64,000 nucleotides of DNA from Utricularia gibba (GCA_002189035.1 NEEC01000021.1:992001-1056000); one strand, 5' to 3'; shown: positions 40,854-54,836, counted from the first letter of the stretch. The notes: generated from the letters alone by a model not told the origin. Numbers and translations: made by a program.

Positions 40854-42053
40854 ATGGCGGCCGCGTCCTTTGGCGTTGCGATGGTCCTGTTGTTTTCTTT
40901 GTACTACGATTACTCCGCACCGCCTGTTTCCGCCGCCTCTGAAGGCGCGCAGGTGAGACAATTTAGTCGTGTGTTTCCGTATGTGTTGTATTGCCGATTT
41001 TCCGTTTGGTGAGATGATTATGTGTAATTGGAGGGGGATTTATTCGAAGAAGCACATTGTTTTTACAGATAAGTCTTTGGTTTTCATGTATTGTTGCAGG
41101 TTACTTATGGTTCAGTTATCAAACTGATGCATGAGCAGACTAAGTTCAGACTCCACTCACATGATCTTCCTTATGGTTCTGGTAGTGGGCAGCAATCCGT
41201 CACTGGTTTTCCAGGTGTTGATGATTCTAGCAGCTACTGGGTAATAAAAGACATTGCAACTTCTTTTTCCTAGTGCTTGCTGCAGCAATGAAAAGGTTTT
41301 GATTGTGTTTTAACATCATCACAGATTGTTAAGCCTGTACCTGATATATCTGCAAAGCAAGGAGATGTGATCAAAAGTGGAGAACTAGTAAGATTGCAGC
41401 ATATGAGAACCGGGAAGTGGCTGCATAGCCATTTTTATGCTTCCCCCATATCTAAAAACATGGAGGTTTGTACTCCACAAACAAAGTATTCCATTTTCTT
41501 TCTTACAATATTGCAGACCCTGTGATGTAATATCTTCTGTTGTGGCATGCGGGCTAAACTTACTTGCAACACAATCAACAGGTCAGTTGCTTTGGTGGGG
41601 AAGAAGAGTCTGATACTGGGGACTATTGGAGGTCAGACCCTTGATCATGAAATTAGCTGAAGCTTCACCAAACATGTGTTCTGCATGATTGTGACTCTAA
41701 ATCCACACTTCACTGTAGAGTTGAAATAGAGGGAAATGGAAATACATGGAAGCAGGAACAAAGGGTGAGACTCCAGCATGTAGACACAGGTGGATACCTT
41801 CACAGCCATGCCAAGAAATACAACCGTATTGCCGGTGGCCAACAAGAGGTAACATATACTTACGAAGTCCCGGATTCATTCAGATCCTTTCCATGTGTAC
41901 ATGGAGTCCCTGTGGTTTGAGTTTCTTGTATTAAGGCTTAAGAAACTGTTACTGTTCTGACTCCTAAAGGTCTGCGGTGTTCATGATAAGAAGCCGGATA
42001 ATGTTTGGCTGGCAGCAGAAGGCGTTTACCTTCCTGTCAACAAGAGCAAGTGA
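40854..42053 (+). CDS. SDF2: Stromal cell-derived factor 2-like (MIR domains, ER), intact
   Basis: Exons 40854-40952, 41100-41240, 41325-41465, 41582-41631, 41719-41848, 41970-42053. Signal peptide, then VTYGSVIKLMHEQTKFRLHSHDLPYGSGSGQQSVTGF, RLQHMRTGKWLHSH and WLAAEGVYLP. Confidence 0.93.
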
Positions 42054-45000
42054 TGCTGCAGCATGGAGTCGATCATCACCAGAGGAGAGCTGGCTCCTTG
42101 GTTGAAATTGATTTTGTGTTGAGGTTCGTTTAGCTTAGTTTGCATGAAATTTGGGGCATTCCATAGTCATGATAGGGGTTAAAATCATAGGTTTATTCTA
42201 TATTACATTTACAAGGTATTTGATAATATAGTATAGAATATGTATATTCAAGTTTATATATAAGCCATTATTTGATTAACTAAGATATATATGTGAATTT
42301 TATATTATTATATCAATTATATATTTATTTATTATGTATGATATATACAAATAGAGGAAGAGATTTAATTATATCTATATCAAAACATATTTTCTTATTT
42401 ATATCACTTCAAAAATTATTATGTATCTATCTCTATTTTTATATATCAAATATTTTTTCAACTTTTTGATTGTTATATGTTAAACTTTTATTCTCTAATG
42501 TTAAACATATAATTTATTATATATCTTACGATTAAATAAATAAATAAATATATATATATATATTATATTTAAATATACTAATATCTTATTATCAGATAAA
42601 TTATTAATTTCATCAGCCAACACACATTCCAACTATTTGTATATTTTATGTAATTTAGAAACAATTTCAAACAATTTTATTAATAAATATGAGTCAATTT
42701 TGTTTCAAAAAATTAAGAATTATTTATTATTTTCAAGAAATTAAAAAAATTCAACCTCTCAAATAATTCTCCAGCAACTATATCAAGATATCGTCATCAC
42801 GGGCCCGCCTCATATGCTTTGGGGGAAAAGTAAAGTGCTTTATTTGGATTTTCGGGAATAAAATAATAGAAACATTGGTTGGGAGCACATGAAAGGATAA
42901 GTTCGGAGTATCATTATTATTATTATTATTATTTTAATAATTGAGTTTGACCGACATCCACGTGGGCATTTGGCCATGTGTAGTTTTCTGGTTTTCTTTA
43001 TATTTTATTAATACTAAATTTATGATTAATTATCATAATGTGCAATTCGGTAAAGGAATATATATCTTTAATTATAATAACTAATTTCGATTTTTATTAA
43101 TATTAAATCGTAGGTTTTAATTAAATGGACTTGTAGGTAATTAAGGATGAAGCTTGGCATGTTTCTTAGTCTAGACTAGTGCTAAGTTCAAGTAGTGACA
43201 TAATTTGGATCCCGATTCTGCCTATATATCTTTGTTTTAAAGACTATAAGTCAATAGTTTTGAATAATAAACTATTTAAGATAATAATTAGAATAAAGTT
43301 GAACTATTTAAAAATATAAAAAAAAATAAATCACAACTCAATAATAGTTAATTTACGATTCAACTACAATATAATCATATTTTAATGTTTTTTCATAATT
43401 TTTTATAAAGTTGTGGTTCGATCATGATTTAAATCAAGTATTTTTAGTATCGTAAAATAAATTCAATTATGCGAGTATATCTTGTAACATACTATACTCC
43501 ATATTTCAAAATTAGTTTCAATATCGAATTAGTTGGATAGCAATTCAAATTATAATCGAGGTTGAATCATTCAAATTTGAGTTTGGTTGATCAATACATA
43601 CATTATTTTTAATTTTTTGTTATGTTTGCATAATATTTATGTATTTTAATAAAAAAATATCGAACTATCTAAAAATTAATCGGTATTAAATATGCGTATA
43701 AATTGATTTTATAACATGGATATTATTGGGTAGCATACAATAATTCAATTATGACTCGCCAACACAATTATTTTGTTTGCAATTTATTATATGCTGTTTT
43801 TAAAATTCAATTCCATTAAAGAATCATTCTGATCTAGAACCTGATTTGAACCGGTCATCTTAGTTTGAATAATGAAGACATTTATTATTTTTTAAAATTG
43901 TTTTTATATACTTTTTAATATCAAAATACCTGAATGAATATCTCTAATCAATCCAGACTTAATAAGTCCTACATTCTCATTAATCGATCAATTTTGAAAC
44001 ATCGGATTAACGTTTCATCACTTAACCAACACAATTGATCAGTAAATGTTGAAAATCGAAATAGAACAAAAAATAGATGAATGTCACAATCCATTCTTCT
44101 ATTATACAATATTATTCATATTGTATATTCAACATTCACGGTTTTATATTTTCTTTGTTTTAAAAAAAACTCATAAAATATTAAGATGATCTTTTTATTT
44201 AAATACGTTAGTCATATGAAACTAATTAGTATAGTCTTCTAAACTTACATCCTCTCCATCACTCGTCGTCCTCATTGATTTTCCCTTCATACTACCATTG
44301 ACACGAGCTCAAGTTCGAATCTCATACCAATTGTCATGATTTAATTTACTTTTGTACGATATTATCCGCATTTAATATCCAACTCTAATTTTACGTTCTT
44401 CCCTTTTAATAAAATTTTTTTATACAAAATTAGGATAGCTATTTTATTTAAGTATATCATCCCATAATCAATGTGATATACTGCTACAAGGTACTTGACT
44501 TTATCTATGTTGTGAATCACGATGTAACCAGTCTTTTATGGCTTAATGCGATGAGTTCGAAATAAGTTTCAACACGGTATGTTGGAAGATATTATGTCGT
44601 AATATCATGATTTAATTAATTGTTCGATCATAGATTTAATAATAATTTGATGCTTTTTCATAATACAAAAATTAAAACACTACGATTCAATTATGATTTT
44701 GGAACACGGTTTGAACCGGTGTAACACCAATACACATTATTCTTTTCCCAAATTTAAAAGAGTAGATTGGTTACTTTATTATAAAGCGAAGGGGACACAA
44801 TCAACTAAACTCCATTGACGTCACATCACCTCGAAATTGCTGTAGCTGAAGCTTGACCATTTTTCTGCGTCTATTGAATTGATTTTGGTCACGGGATTGG
44901 GTCCAATTTCGATGCTGCCGCACCGGAACTGCTTCGTTCCCCCGTGCCAAAAGGGTTTGAATTTGGGCTGCTTTACAGCTGCGCCGGAGCTGGGGATGAG

Positions 45001-45071
45001 GAGATCTGGTTGAGTCTCCGCCGCGCTCGCCGGATTCGGAAGACCCACTTTCCTGTTTTTTTCTTTCCGAG

Positions 45072-45851
45072 ATGTTTTGTTGGAGACGGCAGGAGGGAGA
45101 CCGGGGAGGCGCGGTTCCCGTTCGTCTCAGTGTCTACGATCTCTCCTCCATCAATGGCTACGCGTACTGGCTGGGTCTGGGGGTTTACCATTCGGGCGTC
45201 GAGGGTGGGTGTGGAATTCTTGGGTTTCTGGAATGGGATCGGGATCTTGAGGCCTGAATTTTGCTTTTTCTTTTTGGTGATTCTGCAGTTCATGGCGTGG
45301 AATACGCGTATGGGGCTCACGATTATCCGACCACGGGGATATTCGAAGGCGAGCCGAAGCGCTGCAACGGATTCGCCTTCCGGAAATCGATTCTGATTGG
45401 GTGGACGGAGCTCTCCGCCGCGCAAGTCAGGGAAGTGATGGAAGAGCTCGCCGGGAAGTACAGAGGGGACGCTTACAATCTAATCACCAAGAACTGTAAC
45501 CATTTCTGTCACGACGCCTGCGTCGCCCTCACCGGGAAACCCATCCCCAGCTGGGTCAATCGTCTCGCCAGAATCGGTAACTCCCAAATTCCAATCCCCC
45601 GCCCCCAAATTGGGCTTTTAGGGTTCTTTAACCTCTGATGATCCTCTCAACCAGGTGTGGCGTGCCATTGCATGATCCCCGTGAGCTTGAATTCGACGAA
45701 GGTGAGCAGTCACAGGATTGAAGAGAAGATGTGCGAAGAGGTGATCGGGAGGAAACTGATGAGCAAATCCACCAGATTTTCCGATTTATCTTCAAGTTCT
45801 TCCGAGTTTCTGTATTTCAGAGCACCATCTCCCGATTCTGATAGAAACTAG
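45072..45851 (+). CDS. DeSI/PPPDE peptidase-like protein
   Basis: Exons 45072-45204, 45289-45576, 45655-45851 give VPVRLSVYDL..GLGVYHSGVEVHGVEYAYGAH and YNLITKNCNHFC (His/Cys dyad). The C-terminal end is less certain. Confidence 0.9.
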
Positions 45852-46434
45852 GCGCCGTGTCCGCGTGTCCCCAACTCCAAAAACCTCCATTTTCCTGCAA
45901 CACGTTTGCTTTCTGTACAAACAAAGCTTTTCATTCCCAGGGTTGAAGACGATCTTACAAATGCTGCTCTGTCCGTTACATTTTAATTATTAATTATTAA
46001 TTTGTTTAAAATATAAATTATATGAATTTAAAATAAAACAAACTTTTTGAATTTAAAATTTAAAACATATTTGTTTTATAAAATAAAGTTTAAAAAATGT
46101 AAAACACATCTCAATTTCTATGTATTAAATATAAGTTTTCGTATTTAAAATAAAATTATTTACAATATATTTTTTAAAATATATAAATTAATTTGATACA
46201 AAAAAATATATAATATTTAAATCAAACTTTTGGTTCAAAATAAAACTTCTAAACATGATATCAAAACGTTTGACTAAACATGTTTCCAATCTTTTCATGC
46301 GATCATCTTAAAGCACACGAAGATTGGAATGCACACGGGGAGCATCTGCTTGGTGCTGTAAGCTCCAAGTTCAACACATCGGCATGAAGATTGAAGCCCG
46401 GCGAGAGAACAAGTGTCTTGGGGAGGGAATCAAA

Positions 46435-49400
46435 TCAGTCTCTTGTTGCATCACAGAGGAACGATGTGAAAAGAGAAGCAGCATCTTTCAGATGGTGGGA
46501 ATGAAGGTCTTCTGGAAGGGGAGCTCGGAAAACCGTGTCGAAGCAGCGGAGCTGAACCTCATAGGAGGAGCTTCTACCGGAGCTCGAAAGAAGGCGGTTG
46601 CAGACTCCCTCGGCCATCTTTGAGAAGACAACCCTGGAAATGAGTACAGGCACAAACTACATTGTTAAGAGATGACTGATAATAAGGCCAGACGGTATGT
46701 GCCATGCCTAGAGCTACTAGCTGAAGTAATAAATCAGATATTCCTTGTGCTTTACTACTACTGAATGTTCCCCTTCATCTTCTTATGTTCACACATGGTA
46801 TAGAGAAGCACTTAAGCATCCTAGTGTACGATGCGGATGTGCAGAACGAACTAGGCACATCAGATAGTGTGGTGGAGGTAAAGAGACACACTCATGAGGT
46901 AAACAGCTTCAGACTTGGGAATATTGCTATGATAATTATATTCCTAGGTTAACAGAACCAGGCATGGAATCTAGGAACAGATGAATTGCATTACCTTCCC
47001 TCGACTGAAAGCTTGCTGCCCCAGACCACGAGAGATCGGTTTATGCGATCTATGAAGTTTGAGAAGTCAGCATTTTTGCTTTCAAAAGTGCCCTGTCAAA
47101 AGAGTTCTTCAGTTTCATAGGAGAAATATCCTGTTCTGAACTTCAACAAGATAAACCACCTGATCACTTTATGCTTCTGTAGTTGTAAACCACTTAGAAA
47201 TAACCAGAAATATGGAAAGACAGTGTAAATTCAGTTAGGCATTAAAAAAATTGAGTGACACTAATATACAGTTATGGTTTTGATATGAATAGTATGCTAC
47301 AAAACAGGACCGTACCGGTTCGGACATAGGATCACCATCTTCCCCGAGAAGCCTGTCAATGAATAATATGAAATATAAATGCCAGCACCAAGGTCCCAGT
47401 CCTCGATTTCTGGTTTATGCTCTTCCATGGAAATAGCAAGACTCCATATCTCTGTGTGTTTTCCTGAAAATAAGCAATTTAACATGATGGTACCAATAAA
47501 TGTGTCTGCAAATACTGGATCGTCCACAGCACTGATAGAAATGAATCTCGTATCATTCTTAAATCATGCATTACTGGTTCCTTACAAATTTTAATGCATT
47601 AAAAATATCTCTATTGCTAGGCCACATGGGAACATCAATTTTAATTTGATAAACAGATTTAGAAAGTGTTCGCCGTATGGGAACCATAGAAAAAAATAGC
47701 CTCCTTACCAGACAAAAACAGGGAATGCGCAACTGAAGTCATAAAAATTGAATGTGCCTTCTGCCAGCTTCCACAAGCAAGAAAGTTCTGTAGTGCTTTA
47801 GGATAGTCACCAAGATAACTTGAATATATTGCCTACAATAAGAAGAAAAAAGTGCAAATAATAATTGGTACAACTGGATATAGCATGACTAAAAGAGAAC
47901 ACCAGGACGTGATCATAGAGAAGGCACCTTGGAACATCAAACCCATTCTAACGAAAATATAAGACAGTAAGTGCAAAGACTCACCAAAGCTTCATGTAGC
48001 CAGGAGGAAGGGATACCAAGATTTTCAATGAACTTCCATTGTGATTCCTGAGCACTCCAGACCTCACAATACTGTGAGAGGATTTCCCTTATAATAGTTA
48101 TATGCAAATATGGGCAGTCTTCACGATGAGGGATATGAAGCACCACATAAATAGCCCAGTGACAAAGCCCAGCACAAAGCAATTGGGAAACAAATGACAT
48201 GTCCAGAATATGGAAATCATTAGAACTGAATGTTCCAATGGCTTCTAAAATTGCACGCTGATGCCAAATCATGTGATAATCAAGTGGATCATCCGTTGAG
48301 GCAGATGCACTGAACATGGTCTTGAGAACGCCAAAGTCATTCTCTTGTTTTGCATGAAGAAGCATAAGATAGTAAGCCAAGTCAAAATGGCCATTGCCAT
48401 CCCAGCTGATGGATTCTTCTGCAGGACCTTCATCAATGTAGACAGGAACAGGGTAAGGAGCTTTTCCTTCATTGAGAAGCTTCTGATAGGTATTAAAAAT
48501 ATCAGGCAGGGAACTCTCAGGTGGAAGTTGATACCACATTAACATCCCAAGAACCGCTTCCAGTCAATTTCTGCACCTCTTAATGATCCACGAATATTCC
48601 CACCCAGCAACTCAAGGAGCCTCAATCTATCATCCTCAATAAAATTAAAATCCAAGCCATTTTTCCTCCAAAGATCAAGCTGATGAGCAACATTTGCACG
48701 ATTCAATGTTGAACCCCCTGCTTGACTCAAAATACAGGATAGTCTTACATCTCCTCTGAAAGCAGCAAGCTCCACAGCAGTATCAAGCTGTCGTCCACTA
48801 AGAAGAAAGAATATGTGGTCAAGATAATTTGCGTCATCCAAAAGGCTAACATCTGCCTGTACGCGGTGGTAAACACTTTCTTGAAGCCAATAGCTGAATT
48901 CTGCTCGTCTCAAAAGTGGAAGAGCATCCTCATCAACATCAGGGGTTTCCAACTGATCATATATCATATCCTCCTCCTCATCCACCAACTTCAGTTGCCC
49001 ACTAGCTTTTCTCAAGGAAAACAGAACTTTGATCAGTTCCCAAATCAAAACTTGGTGCATCAAAGGCACACGCAACGAAGATGACAGCATTGGCACCTCT
49101 AATTGCCGGTCAATTATGTTTATATACCTCCTACATGTATCAGCAAGAATGAACCGATCACATGTGATCTTTCTAAGGGTCAGGTGGGACGTTTCAAGTT
49201 CCAACTGCTTAGTTTGAAAACTTAGTTCCTTATGAAGTTTTAGGGGAGAAATGAAACAGAAGTCTAAAAGCTCTTCTGCAACCTCATTTCTCTCATCTCT
49301 TATGGCTTTGTCCACTGCAACCTTTTCAAGATTAACCACAGACGATAAAACAATTTCATTTCCAAAACTGAAAACAGGTTTACCAGAATGGACAAGAGTG

Positions 49401-50527
49401 CAACTTGGCCCCCAACCTACTCGAAAGGATCTTCCCATGAATAATCCAGCATCAACTATGTTATGTGAGTGTTTTTCAGTGATTAGTGGACTATCCTGAA
49501 GCTCCAGCTTGAAACCTTCAGATTTTGAGGCTTTCATATTCAACCCCCTATTGTGAAGGGACATCAAAATTCCTTCAGATAAGTCACGACTAAAATTTCC
49601 ATGCTTGTACTCTATTAGGGCCAATGGGGTTTTACGAATAGGACTATTCTTCTTAGGAACTTCTCTAGATGAATGTGTCACTATTGATTTTGATAACTGC
49701 ACAGCAGAGGGCGTATCTTCAAGTGAAAATGAGCCCCTTAAATCTTCTGCTTCATCTTCGTCAAGAGGGAACAGTGACTTCATGATTTTCATCCTGGTAG
49801 GATCGAGGCCAAGGTGAACAGGGAGAGAATGTGAAAGTAGGGTACCGTTCAGTGAAGAAGGTTCATCATCCATATCTAATACCTCATTATCAACCATCTC
49901 TGGAGAAACTTCATCTTCGGCAGGTACATCTTCCATCAAAGCATCATCCTCATCTTCTGAATCCAGGCCAAATCTACTGAAATGCTGTACACAAAACCTC
50001 CATTCTCCACTAACCACATCAAAGGAAAGAAATTTTGCACCTTGACTCTCTGTCTTACTCTTCAACTTGCACCGTAAATCATCATTATCCAGATGATGCG
50101 CATGTTTCAGATGAAGCAGTAATGTCACTTCAGCTGGCTTATTAAGGCCCTGTCCAACCATGGGCTTGCAGCTATCATCTTCATATACAATAACTTCACC
50201 TTTTCTGAATTTCACGATAGAATTCAAATCCAAGCATCTAATATCTGTTTCACCAGCAAACTTAATGCATCCATAACCAACTCTACCAACAACAAAATCC
50301 GGAACCCTACTGCAATAACCAGGGCTTTGAAACTCACGATTCGATAGCTCACTCAGGCAAGGTATAGTGTAATAATCAGAACATCGCAGGATAGGTAATA
50401 CATCCACAACCCCACACCATTCCTTACTCGAAATCGAAGTACCAGCCCACTCACTGGAAATTCTTCTTCTTTTGTACACCGATTGGGAGCCAAAATCGGG
50501 ATTTATCTTCTCCACATTCACTTTCAT
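46435..50527 (-). CDS. NUP96: Nucleoporin NUP96 (MOS3/SAR3); two apparent 1-bp deletions (48546-48548, 47342-47345)
   Basis: Autoproteolytic domain ending HFSRFGL, DAGLFMGRSFRVGWGP and DYHMIWHQRAILEA. Downstream exons 47832-47709, 47463-~47315, ~47092-46995 and the last exon to 46435 give EIEDWDLGAGIYISY and FDTVFRAPLPEDL. The exact start codon is uncertain. Confidence 0.93.
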
Positions 50528-51495
50528 TATTAGCTAGAACACGACGGTTTACTTCCCAAATGCCGGATTCTAACTGCGTGATAAATACACAAAACTGCGG
50601 CAATAACGCCAATCAGGTGAAACAACCCAAAAACACAGGAATCCAAAACACAAAAAGAAACTTCATCGTTGCCAAAATGCTCTATAAACGAAAACTCTTT
50701 CCAGAGAATTGAACCATTTCGAATGAGATACCTGAAAACACAAAATCTGCGACTACGGCCGATGTTACGAGTATACCAGAAGCTTGTTGAAACATCCAAC
50801 TCTTCAGAATCAAATAGAAACTTCGAATGCAGTTTCAGTCCCGCTGTTCTACCAATTAAGAACCAAGACGGCCTGGGGCAGGAATCGTTCTCAGTCTCCG
50901 ACGCACCTCGGAGGCAGCGAAAACCTGTAGCTGCGCCGGAGTTGGCTGCAATCCGCGAAAACCTTAACGGGGCGGGAGTGTGAAGACCATCAAAATAGTA
51001 GGTGTCGTTTCATTATTCTTTGAAAGTTCAGGGATTTAAGGGTCAATTCCAATTCAATCCCTTCGTATTTGGGCTTTCCAGATGAGCCAATTACACAGGG
51101 ATTATGAACACTTTGGGCCCACATCATAAATGGGCTTGGGTTTTAACTAAATATCTTTTTTTTTAAAAAAAATCATTTCATTACAAATAATTCATGAATT
51201 AACAGCTTTTTAAAGAATAATAATACCAAGTTGAATGATTTCATAAGCAACAATTTACATCACAAATAGCATCTATGTTGTATGTAAACAATGAACCGAA
51301 TCTGTGAAATATAAAAACCACAATAGATTTGAGATTAAAATACTATTAGAAAAATATAAACAAAAAATACATATTCTTTAATTTAACTTTTTAAAGATTC
51401 ATATCAATTTCATATTTTATACTATAACGGAAATGAAATATTTTCTAATATCATAGAATAGTATCATAAATAGTAAGTACATGCCCAAAAGTCCC

Positions 51496-51785
51496 CTAGC
51501 ATGAAGGAGCATTTGGGATGTTACACTTTCTAGGGAGCTGCTTAGCCAATTGAGGATCAATGTTATAGGAAGGCAAAGAAGGTGAGTCCATGAAGCCACA
51601 AAGGCACTTGATATCGGCATGAGATAGGGCACCGCAGCACGCACTCGACGGCGGAGCCGGAGTCGGAGGAGTTGCCGCAGGCTTGCACTCCATCAGCTCC
51701 GAAAACGTTATGTTGCACGTCTCGGCGGCGATCGCAACCGCGACGAGGAGGAAGACGGCAGGATCGCAACCTTGGTGGTGGCCAT
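51496..51785 (-). CDS. DIR1-like non-specific lipid-transfer protein, copy A; apparent 1-bp deletion at 51759 in the signal peptide
   Basis: Eight-Cys motif TCNITFSELMECKPA..SACCGALSHADIKCLCG..IDPQLAKQLPRKC..C. One added G gives the signal peptide MATTKVAILAVFLLVAVAIA from ATG 51785. Confidence 0.82.
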
Positions 51786-52129
51786 CTTGGGGGTGTGGTG
51801 TTGGTGAGGACACTTAGAGGGGGTATTGTATAGGGGGTGGGAGTTGAGGGGGTGGATGAGGGTTTCTTGTTGGTAATGAAATGGGAATGGAAGGTTGAAG
51901 AGGCGAGTGTTGGATTGTTGTGTGATCTCTTGCTTCTTGGAACAAAAGACTTAACAAACTTGCTTCTCAACCAACACACATCACTTCTTGATGGTAATTT
52001 TTGAAATTGAAACAATATGGTGACTACCATTTGGATGAATTGAGTTTCATAACAATTAATTGGTTCTGACTCTTTGATTTAACATATCCAATTTAAAACA
52101 AAAATGAAAAATCTAAGAGTGATTATTGC

Positions 52130-52334
52130 TAAAGGTGAGCTGGCTCACGAGCTTATTGTGAGTCGAGTCAATTTCGAGTTCGGCTCGAACTCGTGCTTAT
52201 TATTTCCAGACTTGAGACTTGAAGGCACATATTTGAACTTGAGTCGAGACTCAAGGGTACATTTTTTTCCTAGACTTGAAGAGCTTGAGCTTGAAATTTT
52301 CCGGAAAGCTCGGCTCGAGTCGGTTGCAGTCCTA
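52130..52334. mobile_element. hAT-type MITE between the two LTP copies
   Basis: Ends TAAAGGTG...CAGTCCTA. Flanks ATTATTGC and GTTATTAC (6/8 match). The interior is rich in GCTCG/CTCGAG/CTTGAG motifs. Confidence 0.65.
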
Positions 52335-52618
52335 GTTATTACATTACCAATCTTACACCATCTTATCACATATAACTACAAAAAATAGAAAAATAATGTA
52401 TATCTTAATTTATCAAACTCTAGTCTAAAACCATATCAATGCGAGATTGGTTCTATTTTAAAAAACCCGATTTTAAAACACAAGTTCAAACTATCTTCAA
52501 ATCAGAATGAGAAGCTCACACCAACAAAGGCTTTCAATGCATGGACAACTTATTTCATTGATAGTAATGAGCTTAGATCACAAGCATGTGTTTGCATCAC
52601 ATATAGTCCCCAAGCCAT

Positions 52619-52912
52619 CTAACACTTGGGCACATTTGGGATGCTACACTTTCCAGGGAGCTGCTTAGCAAGTTCAGGATCAATGTGGTAGGAAGGGAGC
52701 AAGGGAGAGTCCATCAAGCCACAAAGGCATTTAAGATCAGCATGGGAGAGGGCCTTGCAGCAAGCACTCGACGGCGGCGCCGGAGTCGGAGGAGTTGCCG
52801 CCGGGCTGCATTCCATCAGCTCCTGCATCTTCAAGTTGCATATGTTGGCCGCATTCGCAACGGCGAAGACGAGAAAGACGGCGAGAATCGCAGGCTTGAT
52901 GTTCATCTCCAT
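52619..52912 (-). CDS. DIR1-like non-specific lipid-transfer protein, copy B, intact
   Basis: MEMNIKPAILAVFLVFAVANAANICNLKMQELMECSPA..CCKALSHADLKCLCG..HIDPELAKQLPGKCSIPNVPKC. TATAAATA at 52956-52963 on the minus strand. Confidence 0.9.
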   Translation of the reverse strand: MEMNIKPAILAVFLVFAVANAANICNLKMQELMECSPAATPPTPAPPSSACCKALSHADLKCLCGLMDSPLLPSYHIDPELAKQLPGKCSIPNVPKC

Positions 52913-53696
52913 CGTTGAGTCTAGTGTTCTATTGGGGAAGAAGTTCAAAAGCAAGTATTTATAGGATTGAGGGATGAAGGGGGTGATAAATTATGGAGTG
53001 ATGGTGGTGTTTTCAGTTTCTAGTCTTGGAAATGGAAGGTTGAAAAGGCTAAGTGTGGTTTGTTTTCATTTCTTGCTTTTGGAACAAAACCCTAACAAAC
53101 TTGCTTGCTATTCAAGAATCAAATAACAAAATACTTTAGGGACATGTTTGGTTGTGGTATCAAAAAATGTTTTAATAAGAATATGTAAACGTAAATGAGA
53201 TAAGATATGTTTGATCGATAAATTATAAGTACGATAGAAAATATGTTTTATTTCATACAAACATACTTACGTACTTATTATTTTTTAATGATTCATAAAA
53301 ATATCAAATAAAAGGTTGAATATGTAAATCCCACCTTCCCAATTTTAGGTGTAATTTACATTTTCTATAGTTTAGACATATTATATCATAATTTCAATCT
53401 TTTACAAATTTTATCATGCTTAATAAACGTAAAATTTCGATATATTAATTAACATTTTCACCTATTATTATCTACCAAACATATCCAACTAGTATTCTAA
53501 AAGACTTGCAATAAAATTAATTTCATTTTAATTAATAATTAGATCGTGTTTGATATATTGGTTTGCGTTTTTAAATACGTGTGATTTGTAAAATAATTAT
53601 ATGACTTATCCGTTTTCGCACAATATTTACCTTGATTTTTGTTTTAATTCTTCTAGATACTCATGGCATGGGATTGATGTAATACCATTACTATGG

Positions 53697-53903
53697 TTAT
53701 AAAGGAAGGGTGAAGAGGTATATCTTGAGGACCAAAGAAAGAGACAGGTGCAGCAGGAAAATGGCAACGACGATGAGGAACCAGTGTTCACCTGTTGACT
53801 TAACGTGGGTTCTCAGTTTCAGGCCAAGATATGCGGCGGAGATGAAGCCGGAGACACTGGCCGCGACCCATCGGAATATTTCCTGAGGAATGACGGATAA
53901 ACA
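53697..53903 (-). pseudogene. Isolated last exon of a Yip1/HRF1-family (YIPF1-like) membrane protein gene
   Basis: After a TGCAG acceptor, 68 codons read CLSVIPQEIFRWVAASVSGFISAAYLGLKLRTHVKSTGEHWFLIVVAIFLLHLSLSLVLKIYLFTLPL*. This matches the recalled plant Yip1 C terminus (CLSVVPLEIFRW..GERWFLIV..LKLYLF). No upstream Yip1 exons were found. Confidence 0.75.
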
Positions 53904-54647
53904 CTGCAGAAAATGGAAAGGAGTGTTGCATCATCAACAGCATTTCCGCTGCTGAAGCGAACTTTAGTTTCTAGATTTGAAACGTGTGATCAAAGCGAAC
54001 ATCTGAATTCCACACAAAAAGAGTGACGTAAACGAAACTCGCCGTCGGAGGCGAGGAGAAGAGCCATCTTCGTTCGTTTCCGTCGAGTTCTACGGCGGTG
54101 ACAAGGCCATAGCGGCTGCTCTCCAGTGCGTTTGGGGGGGGGGGGAGAGATACCGATGAAAACGAGACATCCCCAAAACCAAATCGCAGCTTCCCAAACC
54201 GGAAACCGCCCCGCGAGCTGACTGGAGTTTGAGCGATCCCCGTTAACCGTCCCGCTCAGCAACATAGATCTGAACTCAGGTACCATGCCCATCGGGATTA
54301 GGGTGAGTTGGTCCTCTAAATAAAAATGACAATATAATTGATTTAATTGGTATTTATAAATGAGATGACACTAGAATATTTTATTAAAAATTTATAACAG
54401 AAAATATTTTATATTATATTTCAGAAAGAAATAAATCACTACAACTCTTTATTTATCAAAAATCATTTTTAAAAACATAAAAAACTAGAATTCTACTTCT
54501 TAAACATAATAATAATTTCAAATTTTTAAATTTTTGAAAGAAAAAATCATTCATATTCAATAACAAAACTGTTTATATAATATTTAAACCACAAAGACAA
54601 TTTCAAATAAAACTTGAACTTCTTTCGATTTTTCTACCTTCAAGTTT

Positions 54648-54836
54648 GAACTCAATCTTCAACTTCAAATCGAAGTGAAACTAAATTGTTTATCAATGTC
54701 ATAAAAAAACGAAATATTCGGGTGGTAAAAATTATTTCGACGTCGAACTCAATCTTCAACTTCGAATCAAAGTGAAACTAAATTGTTTATCAACGACGTA
54801 AAAAATCGACATATTCGGGTGGTAAAAAATTATTTC
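54648..54836. repeat. Two-copy 97-bp tandem duplication
   Basis: GAACTCAATCTTCAACTTC...AGTGAAACTAAATTGTTTATCAA...ATATTCGGGTGGTAAAAA(A)TTATTTC starts at both 54648 and 54745. Confidence 0.9.

Noticed and set aside
44300-44330. tRNA/SINE from a B-box-like GTTCGAATC
   Set aside because: No A box and no cloverleaf could be formed.
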